From Candidatus Bathyarchaeia archaeon (GTDB taxonomy: Archaea > Thermoproteota > Bathyarchaeia > Bathyarchaeales > Bathycorpusculaceae), in the NCBI GenBank assembly GCA_038883775.1, contig JAVZLM010000004.1:32001-96000 (forward strand): a DNA stretch of 64,000 nucleotides, in the 5' to 3' direction. Position 1 is the first letter of the stretch, and each line of letters starts with the position of its first letter. The translations under genes were made by a program, and so were the position numbers. Positions 1 through 7,923 of this stretch are shown in pieces. Under the pieces are notes generated by a model. It was not told the origin of the DNA. It was given only the letters and a program-made list of their open reading frames with translations, and searched no databases.

Positions 1-649
1 AGTCCACATCTCTCCAGTTCAGCCTTAACGCTTCACCCGCCCTCATTCCAGTCTCCTTCAGAAGCTGCAGGAAAGCTGCAACCTTTTTTCCTGCACCAGC
101 CACTAGATTATCAAGTTCGTTTTCAAGGGGTATAAAGGGAAGTTTCCTTTGTCTAACGCATTTAGGCTTTTCCCACGTTAACCCATGCATTTTCAGAAAG
201 GCGTTTGCAGCACATATGGCATGATGCTTCCAGGAGTTGCTTTTATTCAGCCTAGCCAGAACATCTTTGATGCTTTCAGGGTTTAGGATATTTGCCGTGT
301 TTTCAACCATCATTTTTAGGAATTCCACGTAATTCGCTATCGTATGCTCAGAACGCCCCTGCTTTTTAAGCCACCAGGCGAACTCTACGAGTCTTCCTTT
401 AATGTCTGATGAAAGCTGTGTGGCCCCCGCATCCTGCCTTTCACCCTTCAATTCAAGGGTCAATGGGGCCCTCTCCAATATTATCGACTTGTGGTTTTGC
501 TTTTGACTTTTATGGCTTGGATCCGTGAAGCGGTGTCCACAGTTTCGGCAGACAAACCTTTGAGCTGCTGAGCCATCTGTTAGGTAACGCATTCCATTCT
601 TCCACAGAAGCGGTGAACCACATTGAGGACATCGAATGGGCTTATCCAT
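1..649 (-). CDS. Tyrosine recombinase/integrase with N-terminal zinc ribbon (3' end runs off window)
   Basis: Read manually from ATG at 649: MDKPIRCPQCGS..KNG..QRFVCRNCGHRF, then EFAWWLKKQGRSEHTI, KLPFIPLENE and the catalytic box LLKETGMRAGEALRLNWRDVD. Frame is open to base 1. Confidence 0.9.
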   Translation of the reverse strand, partial: MDKPIRCPQCGSPLLWKNGMRYLTDGSAAQRFVCRNCGHRFTDPSHKSQKQNHKSIILERAPLTLELKGERQDAGATQLSSDIKGRLVEFAWWLKKQGRSEHTIANYVEFLKMMVENTANILNPESIKDVLARLNKSNSWKHHAICAANAFLKMHGLTWEKPKCVRQRKLPFIPLENELDNLVAGAGKKVAAFLQLLKETGMRAGEALRLNWRDVD

Positions 650-655
650 CGACCT

Positions 656-1090
656 TTATCCTTGGCTTGCTTTGTGTTCAAGCATGTGGTTCCATTGGTC
701 GCAGATTTGCCATGCAAGTTTCCAGAAGCTTACACCGCCTAATGGAGCCCTTTTTGGTATGGGCTGCTTTATGAGGACGTATGCTTGAACTATTTTGCCT
801 GTTTCCCTGTCGCATATTTGCTGTTGGCTTATGAAACCGAAGTCTAAGAGGCGCCTTAAAACCGTTCGGTATAGGCTTGAACGCCTATAACTGAAGCCCT
901 TTTCTGCTTGGCCTTTCTGAAGCTTCCATGCGAAGCGGCTCAGCTGCGTGGATTTTGCATATCCTCCTCTCTTAAGCATCCAGTTGAACAGCAGCCTTGA
1001 AGCATACACTGTTTTGCGGTTTCTGAAGAGAAGCCTGAAAACGTCGCCGTTTTCAGAATTAGCCTCTTTTAAGGATTTAAGGCTTCTCAC
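656..1090 (-). CDS. Hypothetical basic protein, possible winged-helix DNA-binding protein
   Basis: 144 aa ORF directly upstream of the integrase; RRSSLYRTVLRRLLDFGFI resembles a wHTH recognition helix. Confidence 0.6.
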   Translation of the reverse strand: MRSLKSLKEANSENGDVFRLLFRNRKTVYASRLLFNWMLKRGGYAKSTQLSRFAWKLQKGQAEKGFSYRRSSLYRTVLRRLLDFGFISQQQICDRETGKIVQAYVLIKQPIPKRAPLGGVSFWKLAWQICDQWNHMLEHKASQG

Positions 1091-1211
1091 CTTTCGTAGC
1101 CTCGAATTGCTGAGGATTAGGCTGCAGTCCTATTGTAATGGCAACCCGTAGATGCCAAGTGCAACCCATAGACGATGAAAATTTTAGCATTGAAGGGTCT
1201 AGGCTGTTTGT

Positions 1212-1550
1212 TCACCATTCAGCCTTTCCAGTGTGGTATTCGCCTTCAAGTAGGCGTATTCCTTCAGCCTCAAGCCTTTCAGCAATCCGCCTTTTGGCTT
1301 CTTCCCTATGCTTTTTAAGCTCCTCCGTCTCGCCATCAACAGCTAAGCCCTGATAGTATGTTGTTTCGTAGCGTAGTATTAGCCCATAATATGGGTCTAG
1401 GGCTGTTAGCCTAAACTTTCGGCGTTCAAACAATTCTTTGCGCTGAAGCCAATCGCTAAGCCTTGCTTCGCTTAGGTTTCTACGCTTTAGCTCCTCAATG
1501 AAGGTTTCAAGGCTTGTTAGTTGCAGGTAGACTAGAGGTTTGGAATCCAT
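1212..1550 (-). CDS. Hypothetical protein of the element
   Basis: 112 aa ORF overlapping the end of the ATPase gene; charged helical composition. Confidence 0.65.
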   Translation of the reverse strand: MDSKPLVYLQLTSLETFIEELKRRNLSEARLSDWLQRKELFERRKFRLTALDPYYGLILRYETTYYQGLAVDGETEELKKHREEAKRRIAERLEAEGIRLLEGEYHTGKAEW

Positions 1551-2629
1551 TCGTCGCCTTCCCTTTTTATGGCCTTTAAGTGTTCAAGGTAGTTTAGTCG
1601 TCTGTAAATTGTGGCTGGGCTGTAGAGGCTTGAAAGCGCGTCTAGTATGCGGTTTGGTGTTGCTGGAAGCGTGAGCATTATGCGGAAGCTTGGCTCGTCT
1701 CCGCTGTATGGGCTTAGCCATAGAACGCTTAGGGCTTTGAGCAGTTTAACGTCGCTCTCGTCTACTTCCGTCCTGTTTCCGCGTAGGGCTGAAGCCTTAG
1801 CCATTGCCAAGACGTGGCGATGCGACCGGAAACGCGTTTCATCGCGGTTTACAGCCGCTATGACTCTTCCTAGGCGCATCAGGGCTTCTTTATGCTTTTC
1901 CGGAATTGCGATGCACACAGGCTTTTCCGGGAAGTCCAGCTTTACTGGTTTAAACGTGGGTTCAGCCCTGTATAGGGCTTGTTCCCCGCGGATTATGTCT
2001 TCAGGCGCGATGTGATAGCTTATTGGGACTGCTCGGCTGAGAAAGCCTAAGCGTATCCATTGTTTGCGTCTTGCTTTCCATTCGTCCGTTGTTAAGGCTG
2101 TTATAACGCCCGCCTTGACCGGCGTTGGCGAGTGGAATCGTATGTGGAAGGTGTCTATGTTTTGGACACCCTCTTCTATCAAAGCGTTAAGCGTCAACAG
2201 TATTTGGTGCCACACAGGGTTTCCTCTGGCTGTAAGCCGGACTAGATCCGCAACCATGACATGGCGTATAAGCCCGGCTTGGATTTGTCCAAGCAATCCC
2301 GTAAGCCCATAGCTTGTGAAATCGTTGTAAAGCGCGATGCCTCTGTTTTCTGTGTAAGCCTTAAGCAGCTCTGTTTTTCCGCTTCCTACAGGCGCGATGA
2401 TAAGCATGCTTAAAGGGTCGTATGGCTCAATGTAGCCGGTGTAAAGGGCCAGTTCAACGCTTACGGCTGTTGGAAGAAGTCCGGGCGGAAACTCTCTCAG
2501 AACAGTCGATGTCTTCTCAGAAGCGCATATATCACTAGAGATACATACACGCCTGAGATAAGAAAACTTCTCTGAGAGAAACCTTTCCAAAAGCCTAAGC
2601 CTAACCAAATAAGCCTTCTCAGCACGCAT
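1532..2629 (-). CDS. AAA+ ATPase, MCM-like putative replicative helicase with C-terminal wHTH
   Basis: Walker A IAPVGSGKT; Walker B-like HVMVAD; GFLSR arginine-finger region; MCM-like lid AMAKASALRGNRTEVDESDV; C-terminal SPATIYRRLNYLE wHTH. Confidence 0.75.
   Translation of the reverse strand: MRAEKAYLVRLRLLERFLSEKFSYLRRVCISSDICASEKTSTVLREFPPGLLPTAVSVELALYTGYIEPYDPLSMLIIAPVGSGKTELLKAYTENRGIALYNDFTSYGLTGLLGQIQAGLIRHVMVADLVRLTARGNPVWHQILLTLNALIEEGVQNIDTFHIRFHSPTPVKAGVITALTTDEWKARRKQWIRLGFLSRAVPISYHIAPEDIIRGEQALYRAEPTFKPVKLDFPEKPVCIAIPEKHKEALMRLGRVIAAVNRDETRFRSHRHVLAMAKASALRGNRTEVDESDVKLLKALSVLWLSPYSGDEPSFRIMLTLPATPNRILDALSSLYSPATIYRRLNYLEHLKAIKREGDEWIPNL
2493..2622. repeat. Iteron-like TCTCAG repeats in inverted arrangement (putative replication origin)
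   Basis: TCTCAGAA at 2495 and 2515; inverted CTGAGA at 2553 and 2572 around an AT-richer spacer; a further TCTCAG at 2617. Confidence 0.55.
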
Positions 2630-2631
2630 CT

Positions 2632-3159
2632 CTAACCCTCAAAGAAGTATCGCGTAGGCGTTGTCGGGATTTTGAAGGCTCTGCCTTCGCTAACCAAAAG
2701 TTCAAAAGCAGACGTTATTACATCATCAGGATAGCCCAATCCCGCACTTTTGGCATCAGCGACAGTATACGCTTTGCCTTTCTCAAGGGTTTCAACTAAT
2801 CGTTTCTTGCAAGTTGATATCGAATCCTTTTGTGCTGCATCTGATGAAATAACAGCCTCAACTTTCCTGTCCCTATGCTTCCAAGCCAAAAACTTAACTT
2901 TCCGGCCGACCCATAGGTCCGTGTTACGTCCAAGAACAGAAATGAAGGCTCCGAGCTTAGAGTTAGGCCCAACGCGCTCCCTCTTCCATAACATCGTCGC
3001 ACATAAGCTTCCATCCCTGACATTACAAAGCGTAGCCCGCCATGCCTCAAGGCCTCGAAGCGGTGTTTTATTGATGTGCTCTACTGTTTCTATAGCGTAG
3101 GTTTCGCCTTCCTTTGGCTCCGGCAGAGGTTGGATGAACTCAACGTCTATCTCAGGCAT
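2632..3159 (-). CDS. Hypothetical protein, possible phage-type OB-fold ssDNA-binding protein with C-terminal wHTH
   Basis: ATG at 3159 with a GGTGA RBS; SKLGAFISVLG..LWVGRKV resembles DUF669-like phage SSB proteins; lies upstream of the helicase-like gene. Confidence 0.55.
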   Translation of the reverse strand: MPEIDVEFIQPLPEPKEGETYAIETVEHINKTPLRGLEAWRATLCNVRDGSLCATMLWKRERVGPNSKLGAFISVLGRNTDLWVGRKVKFLAWKHRDRKVEAVISSDAAQKDSISTCKKRLVETLEKGKAYTVADAKSAGLGYPDDVITSAFELLVSEGRAFKIPTTPTRYFFEG

Positions 3160-3316
3160 TTTTATCACCTAGTTTTTCTATGTTTGCTAAGCCTTGGATG
3201 ATAGATTGCCTTATAAGCTCGCTTCTGCTGATTCCCGTTTTGCGCTTGAATTCATCGACAAGCGACAGTAGCTCAAAAGGTATTGAAAAAGTTATAATTG
3301 CCGTTTTTCTTGGCAT
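3152..3316 (-). CDS. Ribbon-helix-helix (CopG-like) regulator, 54 aa, missing from ORF track
   Basis: MPRKTAIITFSIPFELLSLVDEFKRKTGISRSELIRQSIIQGL...; beta-strand plus SRSELIR signature; GGTGA RBS upstream. Confidence 0.85.
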   Translation of the reverse strand: MPRKTAIITFSIPFELLSLVDEFKRKTGISRSELIRQSIIQGLANIEKLGDKNA

Positions 3317-3375
3317 TTTTTCACCATTTTTAAATAAAAGGTAAAATTTAAAGGCTTTTTCTTAAAATAAGCTCA

Positions 3376-3445
3376 TTATGTTAATATTAACATTTTCTTC
3401 TAATTTCAATATTGAAATTACGCCGTAAGTTTAATATTGAAATTG
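3376..3445. promoter_or_regulatory. Three palindromic operator-like sites with 25-bp period between divergent genes
   Basis: TTATGTTAATATTAACATTT (3376), TAATTTCAATATTGAAATTA (3401, perfect 20-bp palindrome), TAAGTTTAATATTGAAATTG (3426); AATATT cores at 3383, 3408 and 3433. Confidence 0.75.
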
Positions 3446-3496
3446 GGACAAATCCTTTACAAAAACTTTAAAGTTATTACAGACGTATTTAAATTG

Positions 3497-4243
3497 ATGA
3501 ATTATCTTAAAATTAAAAGAAAAAGTCGAATTCAGAGACTGGTCAGGATAATTCTTCACTTGACCCATTGCGAAGATTACTTAGAGAGTATGCTTACAAA
3601 GTTCCGGCACTGTCACAATGAGGTAAAGGAAAGAACCTTATTATCAAAGGATATCAAATACCTAAAAAAAATGCGTATAATTAAGATCGCACGGATAGAG
3701 AAGGGTCGCGGGCTACCCAAGAAGTATTACACGCTGAATTTAGACGTCGTTTTAAATGTTCTGGGTCAAGGTAGAATTAAAGGAGCGGAAAAGCAAATAA
3801 TTATCGAAGGATGCAAGGCAGCTTCAAAAATGATCAACGCATTGAAGATCAGAAACTCTTCCAAACTAGACACTCAAATTATTTTAAAAGCTCCTTTTAT
3901 AGCAACGTTGCATATGGGTGAAATGGTGAGAAGCCCACCCCTTATTAAACTTCCACAATACCCACTAGGCAGTGAAAGTACTAGAAATGAGGAAAGGGAT
4001 TATTATAAGGCTGAGATCGGTGAAGATTCAGCAAATTGGTTTTGGAATGATGAAAAATGGAGTTCTTTCGAGAAAGCTGTTAAAAAATTTGTTACCGAAA
4101 GGGACGTAAAGGTTTTTTATGACGCCATAAGCGAAATTCCGAATGGTGATTTGGAGTCATGTTTAAAGGTTCTCTCGAAGTTTTCCTCAAAGTTTCACGA
4201 ACCCCTTAAAGTAATAATTGACATCTTTTCACGGGCTTGTTAA
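3497..4243 (+). CDS. Winged-HTH transcriptional regulator (putative repressor of the element)
   Basis: LLSKDIKYLKKMRII..EKGRGLPKKYYTLN helix-wing pattern; divergent from the replication operon. ATG 3497 preferred over TTG 3437, which lies inside an operator; TTTAAA ~30 bp upstream of 3497. Confidence 0.65.
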   Translation: MNYLKIKRKSRIQRLVRIILHLTHCEDYLESMLTKFRHCHNEVKERTLLSKDIKYLKKMRIIKIARIEKGRGLPKKYYTLNLDVVLNVLGQGRIKGAEKQIIIEGCKAASKMINALKIRNSSKLDTQIILKAPFIATLHMGEMVRSPPLIKLPQYPLGSESTRNEERDYYKAEIGEDSANWFWNDEKWSSFEKAVKKFVTERDVKVFYDAISEIPNGDLESCLKVLSKFSSKFHEPLKVIIDIFSRAC

Positions 4244-4833
4244 GTATATTGCTACATGAACGGTCACCGAATAGCTATTTAGGTTCGACCATGACCAATA
4301 TAATTTTGGTCCAGCTATATACCTCGTACTCCAGCATTCAAATAATGTTGGAAAAGTAATGTCTGGAAGATATACAGGGACATCCCAATTCGCAAATATT
4401 ATAAGACCACTTGTTGATGTAAAACCGAAGGCAAATCTGACGTTAATCGTATCACCACTAGCCGCGGGCCCTTCTGCTCTGACAGCTACTGTTATTGTTT
4501 TATATCCCGTTAAATTCCCTAAATACGCGTAGCCGATCATGCCCATGGCAGGAGGTATCGTCCAATTTAATGTGATTTCTTTGCTTAAAGTTTCCATTAC
4601 TACTCGTTTTGCTGGGGGTCTCCTGTTTTTCCATATGCCTTCCATATTGCCAACGCATCTAATCCATCTATTCGCCCATCATCGTTAACGTCCAGCCATG
4701 GATCATAATCGCTGGTTCCAGCCTTGCCAGAGGATTGGCTGCGCAATGATTGACTTTCAGAAACGCATATGAAACCTAAAGCCAATATTATGGCACTGAG
4801 GCAAACAGATATCGAGTATTTTTTCCAATTCAA
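4229..4833 (-). pseudogene. Secreted dockerin-like protein split into two frames at a C5 tract
   Basis: ORF 4600-4833 has a signal peptide and YDPWLDVNDDGRIDGLDALAIWKAYGKTGDP; it continues as AKRVVMETLSK in the 4229-4645 frame if one C is added at ~4614-4618. Confidence 0.6.
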
Positions 4834-4953
4834 AATATAATATCACCTCCTTTCTCCTCTCAAATCAAATAATGTTCAAGGTTAAGCAAATTTTAAGTTT
4901 ACGGGACAATAAACTACCCGCCCCTTTGGAGGCCATTCAGCAAATGGATCCTC

Positions 4954-5238
4954 TTAATTGCTTCTTTTAAGCTTATTTATTAGGCGTAATGCTTCAGTTA
5001 TGGCTGGATTTATCACGCCTTCATCCATCATTATGTGGTTCGCTGCAGAAATGTATGCTTTCCAGTCTCCACCTGAGATTATGAAGGTTTCGAAAGGCGT
5101 TTTAATAGGGTTGTGGCGCATCAGCCTATGATTTTTGCCTAAACGCTTATATGGCTCATCCATCCACTTATGGAGCCAACTATAACGTTTACCGAAAAGC
5201 AGCATATCCAAATATTCGTGTATACGTCTAGAGGGCAT
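4954..5238 (-). CDS. Small His/Asp-rich hypothetical protein, possible metal-dependent hydrolase
   Basis: H..LHKWMD..HRLMRH..HIMMD pattern; 94 aa. Confidence 0.6.
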   Translation of the reverse strand: MPSRRIHEYLDMLLFGKRYSWLHKWMDEPYKRLGKNHRLMRHNPIKTPFETFIISGGDWKAYISAANHIMMDEGVINPAITEALRLINKLKRSN

Positions 5239-5381
5239 ATTTTATCCACTTAACGCTAAGGCGTCGATAAATATAAACGTCGCGAAAATTGGGTTTAAAT
5301 TTAAGCTAAAAAGCGTTTTGAAGCCGTTTCAGGGTTTAAAGCTTAAATTGAAGGTCAAACTCCATATTTAGCGTGTAGGAG

Positions 5382-5603
5382 ATGGACAGGCGTTACCCAT
5401 CCTATTACAAGGTAAGCGAAGTTGCGCAAATGCTTAACGTGACAGATCAAACTGTCTACCGATGGATTAAGAAGGGCCTAATAGTTTGCATTAGGCTGCC
5501 CTCCGGCCATTTAAGAATCCCCAGCAGTCAGCTTTTCAAAATTTATGCGAATTATAGGCTTAATCGTAGACGAATAAGGCGCAAACTTTATCATTTTATA
5601 TAA
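5382..5603 (+). CDS. MerR-type HTH, excisionase-like protein
   Basis: YKVSEVAQMLNVTDQTVYRWIKKGLI..RLPSGHLRIP is typical of HTH_17/Xis-like domains. Confidence 0.8.
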   Translation: MDRRYPSYYKVSEVAQMLNVTDQTVYRWIKKGLIVCIRLPSGHLRIPSSQLFKIYANYRLNRRRIRRKLYHFI

Positions 5604-5737
5604 TTTAACCACAAATAACTTCAATTGACTTGTTTTGCTATAATTGACCCAAAACTTGGATAAGGGTGTTTTCCACGATGAGCTCCAAGATTATTTAATT
5701 TTAAACAGGTTAAACCTTCAAAATAGGAAAAATTGGG

Positions 5738-7810
5738 TTACGGGTCCTTTTCTCCGTATCTGCTTGTTGCTATGACAATATCGTAAATGTTTATTACGCC
5801 ATCGTCTAGCCAGTCAACATTTGGGTTATAGTTTGGCTGTCCGATTGTGGAGCCATATGTGCTTGTTATCAAAACAACATCATAAATGTCTATGTCTCCG
5901 TCAGCGTCAGCGTCCCCTGGTGTCACTATGCAAACCCATCCGTTGATGTAGTTGTTGTTGGCTTCCTCTGTTTCGCCCCGAACTGGGGGGATGTAAGCTG
6001 TTATTGTATAGTTTCCTTTCGTGAGACCTGATGGGTGCCAACAGATTATTACTGTTGTCGAGTTTTTACCGGTTATGGTTAATTCGTACGTGCCTATGGT
6101 TGTTGTGTTAGCGTAAAGTGTTAAGTGGAAGGTCTCTGTTATGTCGCCATTATTTTGAACTGTTACGGAGATTTTCAGTCTATAGCCTTCTCCGACAAGC
6201 GTTTTTTCGAGGTGGACATCTGCGATGGCAATGTCGCAGATGATGACTTTAACCTCAACCATGCCGTTAACATAATGATTATTCTCCGCATTTCTTTCGC
6301 CGGAGATTGGAGACGCATATGCGCTTATTGTATAGTTTCCCAACGCAATATTTGTGGCGTTCCATAGGAATGTTATTGTTTTTATGTTGTCCGGTGCAAG
6401 GTTGGAGACCGTTTGCGTTCCAATGGGGTTAGAATCGTAGTAAACGGTGACGTTGAAGGTTTCTGTGAAGTATCCCAGATTTGCAACAGAAACATTTATG
6501 GTCAAGAAATCCCAACCCTGCCCTAAAACGGTTTTTGAAGGAGAAACATTCGCTATGGAAACGTCGTGGAAGGGCATAACTTTAACAACCCAGAAATCAC
6601 TCTTACCAGCCCCATACGAATATGTGTAGCCAGCTGCCACATATCCTCCATCGCTTGTCTGCTGAACAGACAGCGCCCCTTCCGATCCAACTCCGCCAAA
6701 GGCTTTATTCCATTCCATGTTTCCGTAAGCGTCAACCTTAACAAGCCAAGCGTCATATTCCCCAGATCCAATTGATTTCGTTTTTCCAGCAATTATGTAC
6801 CCTCCATCAAAGGTCTTCTGAATTTCACATCCAACATCATCTTGACTCCCACCATACGTTTTATTCCATTCCATGTTTCCGTAAGCGTCAACCTTAACAA
6901 GCCAAGCGTCATATTCCCCAGATCCAAAAGACTTTGTTGAACCAATAACGATGTACCCTCCATCACTCGTCTGTAAAACATATGAAGCAAAGTCGCTCTC
7001 GGCTCCACCATACGTTTTATTCCATTCCATGTTTCCGTAAGCGTCAACCTTAACAAGCCAGAAATCTTCCATTTGACCAACTGCACTAGTGTAGCCGGCC
7101 ATTATGTATCCTGTGTCACTTGTTTGTTTAACATCCCACGCTTCTTGGAATAAAGCATCTCCATACGTTTTATTCCATTCCATGTTTCCGTAAGCGTCAA
7201 CCTTAACAAGCCAAGCGTCATAGTTGCCAGCCCCAAACGACCTAGTCCAGCCAGCAACAGCGTACCCCCCATCGCTTGTCTGCTGAACAGAATAGGCCAA
7301 ATCCCAATCCTGTCCGCCACAGGTTTTATTCCACTTCACGTTACCCTCTGAATCTACCTTAACAAGCAGAAAATCATCCCGTAAAGCTCCTATTTCAGGG
7401 ATAAAAACAGCCGTTCGTCCAGCCATTATGTATCCTCCGTCACTTGTCTGCTGAGCCGAATACGCCATGTCTGCGTATGTCCCACCGTACGTTCTATTCC
7501 ACAACGTGTTTCCGTACGCGTCGGTTTTAATCAGCCAAAAATCTGAAGATCCAATGCTGAAAGAGCCAGTCCACCCAACAATCGCGTAGCCTCCATCACC
7601 GGTCTCATGAACCCAATAAGCTACGTCAAGTTGGCTTCCACCATACGTTTGGTTCCATTCCACAATCGAATTTTGCACCAGTACTTTTTTGGTCTCGCCT
7701 ACACCAAAGCTTAAAGCCTCATCAAGCCAAAAGGTGTCACGACAAAAATTAACCAATAACCCTGCCAAAAGAATCATAATAGAAGCTAAGACAATAGCGA
7801 TCTTCACCAA
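5738..7810 (-). CDS. Secreted surface protein: seven ~52-aa beta-propeller-type repeats, two CARDB-like domains, C-terminal dockerin-like domain
   Basis: Signal peptide; seven WNxT/AxG...DGGY...D(F/A)WLVK repeats; HDVSIANVSPSKT and NYTISAYA CARDB motifs; GDADADGDIDIYD dockerin-like motif. Confidence 0.85.
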   Translation of the reverse strand: MVKIAIVLASIMILLAGLLVNFCRDTFWLDEALSFGVGETKKVLVQNSIVEWNQTYGGSQLDVAYWVHETGDGGYAIVGWTGSFSIGSSDFWLIKTDAYGNTLWNRTYGGTYADMAYSAQQTSDGGYIMAGRTAVFIPEIGALRDDFLLVKVDSEGNVKWNKTCGGQDWDLAYSVQQTSDGGYAVAGWTRSFGAGNYDAWLVKVDAYGNMEWNKTYGDALFQEAWDVKQTSDTGYIMAGYTSAVGQMEDFWLVKVDAYGNMEWNKTYGGAESDFASYVLQTSDGGYIVIGSTKSFGSGEYDAWLVKVDAYGNMEWNKTYGGSQDDVGCEIQKTFDGGYIIAGKTKSIGSGEYDAWLVKVDAYGNMEWNKAFGGVGSEGALSVQQTSDGGYVAAGYTYSYGAGKSDFWVVKVMPFHDVSIANVSPSKTVLGQGWDFLTINVSVANLGYFTETFNVTVYYDSNPIGTQTVSNLAPDNIKTITFLWNATNIALGNYTISAYASPISGERNAENNHYVNGMVEVKVIICDIAIADVHLEKTLVGEGYRLKISVTVQNNGDITETFHLTLYANTTTIGTYELTITGKNSTTVIICWHPSGLTKGNYTITAYIPPVRGETEEANNNYINGWVCIVTPGDADADGDIDIYDVVLITSTYGSTIGQPNYNPNVDWLDDGVINIYDIVIATSRYGEKDP
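6704..7213. repeat. Four identical 45-bp intragenic repeats with 153-156 bp period
   Basis: TTTATTCCATTCCATGTTTCCGTAAGCGTCAACCTTAACAAGCCA at 6704, 6860, 7016 and 7169, encoding WLVKVDAYGNMEWNK on the minus strand. Confidence 0.9.
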
Positions 7811-7923
7811 TCATCTCCAACATTCTTAGAGAGGCAACTCTTATTTTAGGATAACGTTGCAAAGCTTAAATATGACATAAGTCAAAAATATTGAAGAAAT
7901 GTATATGTGTATATTAAAAAAAA

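Larger units (their letters stand above)
1..5640. mobile_element. Integrated plasmid/provirus-like element (left part outside window; right boundary approximate)
   Basis: Co-oriented integrase, MCM-like ATPase, SSB-like gene and RHH gene; divergent HTH gene with triple operator; excisionase-like HTH; many short hypothetical ORFs. No att site identified. Confidence 0.8.

Noticed and set aside
1085-1220. Possible 33-38 aa ORF in the gap of the element operon
   Set aside because: Two alternative short frames exist, neither with a convincing motif, so I cannot choose one.
5382-5603. IS607 transposase TnpA
   Set aside because: Only the MerR-type HTH is present; no serine recombinase domain or tnpB follows.
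6704-7213. Regularly spaced identical 45-bp repeats resembling a CRISPR array
   Set aside because: Spacers are ~110 bp, the period is a multiple of 3, the repeats are in frame within a protein repeat, and there are no cas genes.
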